NCBI GenBank assembly: GCA_977017645.1
Contig: OZ360231.1
Coordinates: 69,874,001 to 69,938,000 of the forward strand
DNA from: Torpedo marmorata
Lineage: Eukaryota
Direction: 5' to 3'
Length of the DNA stretch: 64,000 nt
Shown: in pieces, positions 1 through 10,759 of the stretch
How positions within the stretch are numbered: position 1 is the first letter of the stretch
How the letters are laid out: each line of letters opens with the position of its first letter
Translations under genes and position numbers: made by a program
The notes under the pieces: generated by a model
What the model saw: only the letters and a program-made list of their open reading frames with translations
Databases searched by the model: none
Told to the model about the DNA's origin: nothing

Positions 1-780
1 TGCTCGAACATGATGCAGGGCTCGTGGTCTCCCAGGAGGGCTAGCATCTCTTTCATGAGCGCTGACGGGGATCTGTCCTCTCGCCCATCCAGGTGGAGCA
101 GCCGTGCCCCTCTCTCCCGCCGCGAGAGCCCGAAGGTCTCAGTCAATAGCTCTTTGAAGGCAGTGTAAGTGCCTTCCGATGGTGGCCTCTGGATGAAGTT
201 GGCCACCCTGTCTGCAGTCTCTGGATCCAGGGCACTGACCACATGGTAGTACCATGTGGTCTCAGCTGTGATGCTCCGAATCTGGAACTGAGCCTCAGCC
301 TGGTCGAACCACACGCTGGGTCGAACTGTCCAGAAGGTCGGGAGCTTGAGGCCGACCGCGCTGATAGCTGCTTCGCTATCCATCGCTGGGTTTAGATGCC
401 GTCTAAACCGTCGGAGTCACCAATTGTAGCCGACTGCTACGAAGAAACAGACACATGCATAGTGGAAGGTTAAGCTCTCTGTTTTATTGAGGCTGGAAGT
501 GCTTCTTTTATACAGTTGGAGGTCCCGCCGTTTGGTTGATTGGTTGACATCAGCCGCATGAATAACAATAGCGGGCGGGAACGTTATTGCATATGAATAC
601 CCTTCTTCCCCAGCCTGGTATTGATCTGTTAGCTTGGCAGCTTGGCCAGCGCCATTTTAAGGCTGCTGGTCTTGTACTGCTCCAGCTTTCAACCGCGCCG
701 GTTCGCTATGCTAAGGGTCGCGTTACAGTGTGTTATGCTGCTGTTTACTATCGCGCGCGCCGCGGTGGTGGGCCACCACA
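1..780 (-). mobile_element. 5' end of a CsRn1-clade Gypsy LTR retrotransposon (LTR 425-780, PBS, gag start at 383), inserted into the L1
   Basis: On the minus strand a 356-bp TG...CA LTR is followed by a TGGTGACTC PBS. The gag reads MDSEAAISAVGLKLPTFWTVRPSVWFDQAEAQF and is homologous to the gag near 48380. L1 ORF2 begins abruptly at 781. Confidence 0.85.
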
Positions 781-3582
781 GGCTAAAATTTTGGCCCATA
801 CACTGGAGAATATCTTACCGTCAATCATTTCTGAAGACCAGACTGGTTTTATTAAAAACTGTTATTCTTATTTTAATATACGTCGCTTATTGGATATTTT
901 GTACTTACCTTCTAGTGCGGTTCCTGAATGTGTTCTCTCCCTTGATGCAGGGAAAGCGTTTGATCGAGTTGAATGGATGTATTTATTTACAATTTTAGAA
1001 AAATTCAATTTTGGATCAGGTTTTATTACGTGTAAGAGCCAAAAGCTCAGTTCTTACCTTCATTGCACCGTTCCGATGGTCCCAGCGGGTGTCAGAGGAG
1101 TCGCGGAGTTTGGTAGGCCGTGCTGGGCCTATTGACTACTCTGCACTTGAGCGGGAGTGCCGACGGGCGCATGCGCAGTGGAAAGGATGGCTGGAGCATG
1201 CGCGGTGGAGCATGTGTACGAATCGGGAAAGAAGTATTATAAAAACATGGTGACAGAGAAGGGTTAGTGAAACGTTCATAATTTTCGTTGACCGTTTTCA
1301 CTGAGATCAATACAGATGTTATTAAACGTTTATAAGGATATTATTTATGGACATTTCAATGTTTAAGAAGATGGTTTCAAGTTTATGTCTTAAAATAAAG
1401 AATTTAAATACACTAGTGCACTATTGTTTATAATTTTTATATAGTAATGTCGTTAGAATGGTTAATATGAATGTTAATTGCACTATGATGCTGCCGCAAA
1501 GCACCGAATTTCATGACTTGTTCATGACAATAAATTCTGATTCTGATTCTGATTCAATCTCCAACGGGGAACCCGTCAAGGGTGTCCTCTAAATCCATTG
1601 CTTTTTGATTTGGCCATAGAGCCATTAGCGATTGCATTTCGAGAGTGCGGGGATATTTCAGGGATTTGTAGAAAGGGAATTGAACATAAAAGTTTCCCGG
1701 ATGATTTTTTTGCTTTTCTTATCAAATCCTGACACTTCTTTACCGCCCACGCTGTCAATACTTTCTCAATTTATTAAGTTTTCAGGATATAGATTAAATC
1801 TGTATAAAAGTGAACTTTCCCTTTTGAATACACCTGTATCAGTGTTCACCAATGTTCCTTTTAAGATTGTGGAAAATCAATTTAACTATCTCGGTATTAC
1901 AGTTACAAAGAATCGTAAGTAACTTTTTAAAGAAATTTTTCTTACATTATTAAAGCCTGTGAAACAGTCTTTAACACAATGGTCACCCCTTTCTATATCT
2001 CTGGCCAGTTGTAATAATTCTATTAAAATGAATATCTTACCTAAATTTTTATACCTTTTTCAGTCTATACCAATTTTCATTCCCAAATCGTTTTTTGATT
2101 CACTTGATTTGATTATATCGTCTTATATATGGAAGGGCAAGCGCCCTCGACTAAACAAAGTTCATCTTCAAAAACCTAAAAGGAACGGAGGCATGGCTCC
2201 ACCTAATTTCAGATTTTATTACTGGGCAGTCAATATACGTAACCTTATATTTTAGTTACATTTTCATAACCAAGTGGACTGTCCAGTATGGGTAGCAATG
2301 GAGCTGAATTCTGCTAAAAACCTTTCCATTCCAGCACTTCTTGGATCCTCACTTCCATTTTCTTTAAATAAATCATTTAATAACTCTGTTGTTAGGCACA
2401 CTGTGAGAGTGTGGGTGCAGTTTAGAAAACACTTTGGACTTTGTGGTTTTTCTCTTTCAAGTCCTATTTTATCCAATCATCTTTTTCAACCTTCCTTGCA
2501 AGATCTTGTTTGTCATGAATGGTTTAGATTACGTATTGAACATTTCAAAGATCTTTTTATTGATAACAGCTTTGCGTTATTTGAACAGCTCTCAGGAAAG
2601 TTCAATTTACCAAATACTCATTTTTTCAGATATCTGCAAATCAGACATTTTCTTCAATCTCAGATACCTGATTTTCCTCGGGCACCTGATGCGAACATTG
2701 TTGATGAATTATTCAGTCTACAACATTCTCGCAAAGGTTTAATATCCATTATTTATGATAAGTTGGTAGGTTTGAGACATGCCCCTCTAGTTAAAATTAA
2801 AAATGCCTGGGAACAGGATTTAAACCTCTCAATAACAGACAAAGTCTGGGATTTAATTCTTAAACTGGTTAATACTACATCCTCATGTGCCCGTCATTCG
2901 TTACAATTTAAAGTTGTACATGTTTAAAGTTAAATTATCTTTTATCTATTCAGATGTAAATTCTTGTTGTGATAAATGTAAATACTGGAGGGAGGTATTT
3001 CAAACTTTATCTTTAATTCTTAACGTATCCTAATCCTTTGGTTGCTCTTTTTGGTACAACTGGAGAGGATGATATTCTTTTAACTCCAATTAAATAACGT
3101 ACTCTGTCTTTTGCCTCTCTTTTGGCTAGACGTGCGATATTGTTTAGATGGAAGGATGCTGCCCCGCCCACTCATGCTCAATGGCTTAGGGACATTATGT
3201 CCTGTTTAAACTTAGAAAAGATCCGTTACTCAATTAATAATTCAAGTATAAGGTTTCAAATGTTGTGGGGACCATTCCTGAATTATTTTCATAACCTCTG
3301 GACATAATATTATTTCCTAATTTTAATACTTGCCGTTTTACTTCAGGAACGAAGTACATTTTTTTCCTCAGTTATACAACGTGGGTTAGGGGATGGGGTT
3401 TAGAGCCACGCTTTACGTGATTTTAAAAAAATTATTTTTGATGTACTTTTGTATTATGGTTGCGTTTATGTGTTTTACAGTTTGTTGAGTTATCTAATTT
3501 GTCATTATTATGCATTCCATAAATGTTTTGTATATGCATGTTTATTTGTGAAAATCAATAAAAATATTTTTTTTAAAAAAAG
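781..3582 (+). mobile_element. L1-clade LINE, 3' part of ORF2 (degenerate) with 3' UTR and A-rich tail; interrupted at 1031-1555
   Basis: Motifs DQTGFIKN, LSLDAGKAFDRVEW, RGTRQGCPL, KYLGI-like NYLGIT, ILPKFLYLFQ and C-terminal ARRAILFRWK...WGPFL; AATAAA and an A-run at ~3557-3581. Confidence 0.9.
1410..1555 (+). mobile_element. Rex1/Babar-type LINE 3' tail fragment ending in (ATTCTG)n
   Basis: Near-identical to the reverse complement of 40795-40940. Confidence 0.8.
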
Positions 3583-3877
3583 GATATGGACAGATTGCCA
3601 TCACAAAGAACTGGCACTTCCTCACAATGCCCCACATTCACCATGCTGGCCAGGGTTCAGCCCTGAGCATATAGAGTGTTGAGCAGTTGCATCACCCTCC
3701 TTAGCCAGCCCAAACCAGTCCATATAGCAGTCTCTCCACACTAAGCTGTGGGCAATTCATTGCCTACACCAGATTTCTGGCAAAGCAGCAAAGAGCAGCC
3801 AGGAAGGCAGGGGTTCACACCAGGTTCACAGCCTGACAGCACACAGCAGTAGTCAGGAATGCACCATTTTATGTTAC

Positions 3878-4670
3878 ATTGAGTTCAAATTTATTGTTAC
3901 GTGAAGTTCTGTTTTGCGCGTTAGCCAGGCAAGTCACCATAGTATAAGAAAAAGCTGGCGTTACAATAGTGCAGTTCTTGTTCTGGTGCTGGAGCAGCCC
4001 AGGATTAGTATAACAAAGAAGGTTCAAGAGCCTGTTGACAGTTGGAAAGAAAATGTTCTTGAACCTTGAGGAGCTGGGCTTCAGGCTTCTGTACTTTCTA
4101 CCTGAAGGTAGCATTGAGAAGAGGTGGTGAAATGGGTGATGGGGTCCTTTATGATGTTGGCTAACTTCTTGAGGCAACTCCTCACACAGATGTCTTCAGT
4201 GGATGGGAGGTCAGAGCCTGTGATGGACCTTCTGATGTCTTCTGCATTCCTCAACACTTAAATTACCAATCAGGCTGTGATGCAACCAGTCGGTACACTT
4301 TCCACAGTGTACCTGCAAAGGTTTGATAGAGTATTCAATGACAGGCCAAATCTCCTCAAACTTCTTCACTGTTGCCTCGACGTGCTGGCTCCAGGAGAGG
4401 ACTTCTGATGTATGGACTCCCAGGAATTTGAAGGTACTAGCCCTCTCCACCTCTGTCCCACCAACATGGAAAGGTGTGTTATCTCTTGGCCTCCCCTTCT
4501 GAAAATCATCAATAAGCTCCTCGGTCTTTGTGACATTGAGAGCAAGATTGTTGTCCTGGCGCCACCTATCCAGATTCTCGATCTCTGACATCATTACTGT
4601 TATTCGTCCAACAATTGTAGTGTCGTCAGTCAATTTACAGATTGCACTGGACCTGAACTTGGTTACACGG
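3878..4670 (-). mobile_element. Rex1/Babar-type LINE, 5'-truncated
   Basis: DDTTIVG, NNLALNVTKTEELI, FKFLGVH and HHLFSMLPSGRKYRS motifs. Confidence 0.85.
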
Positions 4671-5142
4671 ACAATAATGTACAGAAACTCTCTGCAGTTT
4701 CTTGCAGTCTTGGGCAGAGCAATTCCCAAACTGCGCTGTGATGTGATGCATCTGGACAGGATATTTTCTTTGGTTTATCTTTATCATGACCCCATTTTAG
4801 TGCTGAATGCATTCAAGCTTTCATTCCTGGGAATGCATCCTTAGTGCTGAGTTCAAATATTCTGTCACCATTTCCGAACCAGCTTTGATCAATCCTATGC
4901 CCTTACAAAACTTAATTTTAAAAATAAAATCAATCTCCTCATCAAAGATTTCAGCAGAAGTAGAACAAATGAAATGAGATACTTATTTTCACTTGAATCA
5001 GATTTACAACATAAAATTCTTTGCACAATTTCCAAATAAATCTTCCCACCAATTTGTCAGTATTCAAGACAGAAATTGTTGCACATTTAATCAGCTGGTG
5101 TGCTTTTAGGTTTCATTGAAAAATGGGTACAACTTTAATAAA

Positions 5143-5281
5143 ATGCCAAATTCAGAACCATAAACTCTCAACAGACAATAGTTACCAATTACCAAGCAAC
5201 ACACCATCCCAAAATGCCCAATTCAGAACCACAAACTCAACAGACAATGGTTACCCATTATCAAGCAACACACCATCCCAA
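5143..5281. repeat. Tandem duplication, 2 x ~70 bp
   Basis: TGCC(A/C)AATTCAGAACCA...CAAGCAACACACCATCCCAA occurs twice, adjacent. Confidence 0.85.
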
Positions 5282-5571
5282 TTACGTTGTGGGTCATCAT
5301 TGCCAAGAACTACCTTAAAATATGCTATTGTAATTATTTTTTCTGTGAAGAAAATGGATAATAATTTGATGCACAAGTTAATTTCCCTGCAATAAATAAA
5401 TGGAGGAACATTCTACAAATATAAATATCACCTGAAAAATTTGGAAGTTTAAGGTAGCACATACAGTAACTGCTTTGAGGCACAAATTAAACCAGAAATG
5501 GGTTGCCTCAGTCGAGCTTTAACTGACTTTAATATAGGATTAAAAATATATATTTTAAACCAAGTACTTAC

Positions 5572-5812
5572 TGTTTTATCTTTGAGGTTTAACTGTCCAA
5601 TCAATTTCCTATCATCAGCAGGATCAACAAGTTCACCACCAATAAACAGCTCAACTTTTGTATGTGCACTATTGGCTTTTATTCTACTGAGGATGCATCG
5701 CCTAACAGACCCAATGGTGTCATTTGTGTGAGACCAGATATCCAAATCTTCTACTTGACGTCCTTGATTTGGAAACCGTACAACAAGTGACACATGCTTT
5801 CCGCGAAAAGCT
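5572..5812 (-). CDS. USP9X: USP9X exon (241 nt; [19 protein letters not shown]...[11 protein letters not shown], ubiquitin-like region)
   Basis: aaaacag|A GCT...ACA|gtaagt; phase 2/0. Confidence 0.96.
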
Positions 5813-6048
5813 CTGTTTTAAAAAAAATAATCAAAGTTTCATGATCAAAATGGTGGAAATTTCAAGTCGCAACATACACAAGATATTACAAATTAACTAT
5901 CGTATAGTGGTATTATTGCCCAAGGATTATTTTGCCAAAGTAAAACGTATCCATATTTTAGATGAGAAGGAAAGTACCCATTTGACAATTTAGCTTCCAA
6001 GTTCCATTTCATTACATTACAAAACCAAAGTGAAGGCAGTCTTTTGGT

Positions 6049-6494
6049 GCAAAACACAAAATGGTAGAGGAACTCAGCAGATCATGCAGCATCCATTGAA
6101 GCCCATAGGCAGTCAACATTTCGGGTGAAACTCTTCATCGGGACTGGGAAGAAATAGGACAGAAGCCAGAATAAAGTGTGGGGGAATGGAGAGGAGCAGG
6201 TGATCCTCTCCTGTCAGAGAGCATCTTCCTTAGCCCTCTGCCTCTTCCTCCTGGATTCTTATATTTTTTCCATTTCTTCCACCCCCCCATCCCCACCTGT
6301 ATTCACCAATCACATTCCAGCTCGCTCTCCTCCGCCCCCCCCACACTTTTATTCTGGCTTCTGTCCTCTTTCTTCCCAGTCCCGATGAAGGGTTTCGGCC
6401 TGAAACAATGCCTATTACCTTCTATAGATGCTGCCTGTCCCGCCGAGTTCCTCCAGTATTTTGTGTTTTGCTCCAGTTTTCCAGCATCTGCAGT
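6049..6494. mobile_element. Penelope-derived inverted pair of terminal (pLTR-like) repeats
   Basis: 6049-6197 is approximately the reverse complement of 6324-6471; both arms resemble the Penelope terminus at ~11570-11680. Confidence 0.7.
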
Positions 6495-6995
6495 CATTGT
6501 TGTTTGCTGCAGTCTTTTGGTCTTTTTAGTCAAAATGGAGAGAGAATTTGGACTTTCTTTACAATAATTGCCATTGAACTAAATTTATGAAAGCACATTT
6601 TCCCACATAACCTGCACAGTATTTGTTAAAACACTAGCCAATTAAGCACAGATCCACAGACGAGTAAATAAAAAAAAATGGTTCGTCAAAAATTCATTAA
6701 ACATGGAAATAAACCGACCCGCACAGCAGATATGGTCTTCACCTGCTGTGTCACAATGATTATTTTGTGCTTAATGAATTATAAATTTGCATCTTATATC
6801 ACTTTAATATAAATGATTTAAATATCAAGGATAAAGTTTAACAAATTCAGTGTGATGGTCCCCAAAGAAAACTTTGAACATGAAGAAAAGCATCCAATGG
6901 GGGAGGGGGGAAAGCTAGGACTTGAACTGATCAGCAAGTCAGAACAACAATGTTCTTTTACCTTAACTTGCAAGCAGACCATAACATATACATAC

Positions 6996-7207
6996 CTAGA
7001 CATAGGTAGAATTGTTCGCTCCTCATGGTAGTCACTGTCACATTCATTTATGTACTCGCGTAGCACTGTCAAGACACGTACCATCCGTATTGCCTCCTGC
7101 CTTGCACAATTAATACTGTCTTTATCACCATCCAGTACACACAAGGTATCATAGGAGGCCTTCAATCGATCAAAACATGACTGAATAAAATCTTCATGAA
7201 TCTCAAC
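6996..7207 (-). CDS. USP9X: USP9X exon (212 nt; [20 protein letters not shown]...EERTILPMS)
   Basis: atttag|GTT...TCT AG|gtatgt; phase 0/2. Confidence 0.96.
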
Positions 7208-7688
7208 CTAAATGTGTGAATATTGGGAACAGCTAGTTATGACATGTAAATATGATATTTAATAGCATCAACTAGCCAGAACGTTAACCATTAGTTTCTT
7301 TAATTAACTCCCCGCTACCCCTTCACACATTCACTTTTCATTATGACAAGCCAAACAAACAGAAGTTTGACAGTATGAATTCCCAATTTTGGAGGACTAT
7401 AAAAATCCACTTGTATTGTTACTTGCTTGGCATAAACATCCCTGGATGAGATTCAAACATCATACGTGCACACTCAGACTTAGGAAAGTTGAGACTTTGG
7501 TGTCAAATTCATTTCAGAATGTTCCAAGTTTTTTCAGAACACTGCAGTTGAGACAGATACCCTCAACTTCTCAACCAGAAGTGAAAACATCAGCCCAAAA
7601 AAATCCAATTCTCTAACTTGGCATAATTTCATTCAGGAGTAAAATCATTATTTCATGTTGACAACAACTTCCCAGTTAGAGTACCTAC

Positions 7689-7784
7689 TTGATTAACCTG
7701 CAACCTTGGGCCAAGATTTGTGTATATTTCCTTCAGCAGATCGATTGCTCGACTGGCAATGTCATCACTTCCTTGAATTACAAC
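7689..7784 (-). CDS. USP9X: USP9X exon (96 nt; [32 protein letters not shown])
   Basis: ctatag|GTT...CAA|gtaggt; phase 0/0. Confidence 0.95.
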
Positions 7785-9061
7785 CTATAGGACAGACAAT
7801 AACAAGGACTTGAAAAATCTTAAGCAAAAATTGAGGAGATATTTTTAAACTTTAGACAAAGTTTGGAAATATTGTCCATACATCACGGCAAAACTTTAAA
7901 GGTTCTATTTGTAGCTCTCATTTTCTTTTGTTGTCACCCTTTTCGAGTACGATTATGGCTGATCCTCCTCTTTCCTGCTCAGTTCTCATCTCCTTCAATT
8001 TCCTTAATGCCCCAGCCTTCATTGAACTTTATTGTTTCACTTTCAGAGCCTTCTGATTAAAATTGCTGGAGAAAACTGACCCTTTACATGACAGGACCAC
8101 AAGACATTATAGGGTGCAGGCCAAGTCTCAAGGGGACATGTACACCTGGCCAAAAATGAATACACAAATCGAAGGCCAACAAATCACTGGTGTGCATTCA
8201 CACTTGAGAAGCACATATACTCAACCAGAACATTGATAAAGTAACATTGGGAGTATGGATGAAAGTTGACAGTTGAGAATGCAATGCACAGCATACAAGC
8301 GTGACAGGTCATGGATCAGAGACCATGAGAATGAAGTTGTCTATAATGATGGCTTACGTGGCAGGACATAAAAAACATTATCTACACATTATGTCTGACA
8401 CAGAGATGCCTTGGGTAGCCCTGCGTCTCAGGTAGCCCAAATATGGTCGTGCGCACGTCCGCAAGGCTATCAAGATTGTCACTACATCAAAGGCCTATGG
8501 AATTGTGATTCTTTGTGGGAGTCTCATTAGTTCTGCATTTTAAAAGTGGAGTTGGAAATATTATTGGAGTTTATTCTGGAAAATGCAGAAGAAAGTGGAG
8601 TCAGAAGAGGTGGTAGGAAAAAAATGGCAGCACTGCTGGAACTACTTTAACGGCATCGCTGCCGCTGGTGAAGACCTGGGAGAACAGGGAGCGGAGACAC
8701 TGCTGCTTCACAGGGAGCAATCGCCTGGTCCTAATGCTGTCAGCTCCATACAGGCTTTAAACACCCTGTTAAAGGTGCTGACGGTTTGCTTTTAAATCCT
8801 GCAACTACGGGGTCTGAGCCCAGGATCGTAGCATCACAGGTAGAAATCAGATGCTCCTAGAGGACAGTGACCACGGCAGCGGACCAGCGAAAGGGCTCAG
8901 CTGCTGAAGGACTCACACAGGCTGTGGGCTGCTGGAGACTGGCTCATGGGAACCAGATACCAAAACCAGGATTCGAGAAGGTGCTGAGGCAAGAAGGGCT
9001 GCCGAAGGGCCTCAGGTGCTGAAGACTTCCTGATCGTATCGGAGGTTTGGATCTGGAGCTC

Positions 9062-10082
9062 AGATTTCAGATTTATTGTCAGAGTACATACATGACATCA
9101 CATACAACCCTGAGATTCTTTTTCCTGCAGGCACGCAAGAATTACAACTAATTGGTAGTGCAAAATAACAACTGTACACAGTGTTAACATGTAAACAAAC
9201 GAAGAACTGCAAACAGACTGTGCAACACAGAGAATAAAAAAGAAAATCAATAAAGTGCACGAGTCCTTAAATGAGTCTCTGATTGAGTTTTTGATTGAGG
9301 AGACTGATGGTGGAGGGGTAGACCTGTTACAATGATAGGCGAACTGGAATGTATCCATGTCACCGCTCAGACAGGAGCTGATATGCTTCATCACCAGCCT
9401 TTCAAAACACTTCATCACTGTTGATGTAAGTGCTACTGGTCGATAGTCATTAAGGCAAGTTGCAACACTCTTCTTGGGCACCGGTATGATTGACGCCTGT
9501 TTGAAACAGGTGGGTACCACGCCCTGCTGGAGTGAGATATTGAAGATATCCGTGAATACATTGGTAAGTTGGTCAGCATAGATTTTTAATACTCGGCCAG
9601 GTACTCCATCCAGGCCGGATGCTTTCCTCAGATTCACTCTCCTGAAGGCAGCACGCACGTCATCTTCAGATATGGACAGGATGAGATCATCAGGGGACGT
9701 GGGTGTGCGGAGGGGTGGTTCTTCGCTGTTACTGTCGTCAAATCGGGCGTAGAAAGCACCGAGTTCCTCTGAGAGCGAAGCTTTGCCATCTGCTACTTCA
9801 ACGGATTTGGTTTTGTAACAGGTTATGGCATTTAAGCCCTGCCACAGCTGTCGGATGTCCCTTGTTATTTCCATTTTCATCCGGAATCGCCACTTCGCCC
9901 AGGAGATAGCTTTCCGCAGGTCATACCTGCTCCTACTGTACTGATCTGGATCTCCGGACTTAAATGCCTGTGATCTGGCTCTCAGCAGGTTCCGGATTTC
10001 ATTGTTCATCAAGGGCTTCTGGTTGGGGAAAACCCTGAATGATTTGGTGGGGACACACTCAACCACAGCTGTCCGTGACAGC
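9062..10082 (-). mobile_element. Rex1/Babar-type LINE (RT fragment, internal deletion, 3' tail)
   Basis: KASGLDGVPGRVLK, CLNDYRPVALTSTVMKCFERLV and FQFAY motifs; GACAATAAATCTGAAATCTGA tail. Confidence 0.9.
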
Positions 10083-10272
10083 CTCGGGTTGCCGATGGTT
10101 TGAACTAGAGTGTGTGCGGCTGCAGAGGCTGCGGGAACGCTGGAGGCGAATCCACGGACACGCAGTGTCTCTAAAGCGACTGTCTTTTGCTTCTCTTTCT
10201 CCTTTTGTTGAGGGTGCCGGGCAATGCTCATAGCAACTCTGTTTGCCTTATGGCAGACAAACATTGAAGCAC

Positions 10273-10430
10273 ATCAGAATCAGAATTTATTGTCATGAAC
10301 AAGTCATGAAATTCGGTGTTTTGCGGCAGCATCGTAGTGCAAACATTCAAATTATAACCATCTTACGACATTACTATAAAAAATATATAAATAACAGTGC
10401 ACGAAAAGTCATTGATTATTCAGGAATCTG
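10273..10430 (-). mobile_element. Rex1/Babar-type LINE 3' tail fragment
   Basis: Matches 44081-44260; (ATTCTG)n tail. Confidence 0.8.
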
Positions 10431-10759
10431 ATGTATATTACATCATGTATATTACATTTTTGATGTATTATTACATGACAATAAAAGTCTCCTTTGACCT
10501 TTAGTTGGGAAATTTTAGCGGTGGGAGATGAACTATTAAATAAAGTTGAGGCTTTTGAGTCAGGTTGGGCAAGTTTTCATGAAAGGGACACCAACCAGTG
10601 CTTGCACTGACAAAATTAGATACACTACAGAAAATTCTCCAGAAGAAATTAGCGACTACATGCTACACTTCCTGTAAAAAATAAATCGGCAAGCTGCCCC
10701 AACTGGAAATATATTATACTTCATCATAAACACAGAGACTAAGTATAATGCTTGACAAG

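Larger units (their letters stand above)
8618..10490 (+). mobile_element. Non-autonomous ~0.8-kb retroposon, copy A, split by two Rex1-type insertions (parts 8618-9061, 10083-10272, ~10430-10490)
   Basis: Colinear similarity to 54401-55222 across all three parts. Confidence 0.75.

Noticed and set aside
587-1135. 182-aa ORF as a gene
   Set aside because: It is a chimera of antisense LTR, L1 RT and an unrelated insert.
1031-1412. Solo LTR (TG...CA ends, AATAAA)
   Set aside because: There is no TSD, the terminal CA overlaps the Rex1 tail, and L1 sequence is deleted at the site. It is left unclassified and reported as a finding.
9098-10264. 388-aa ORF as a novel gene
   Set aside because: It is a chance read-through from the antisense strand of the 0.8-kb element into a Rex1 RT fragment and its UTR.
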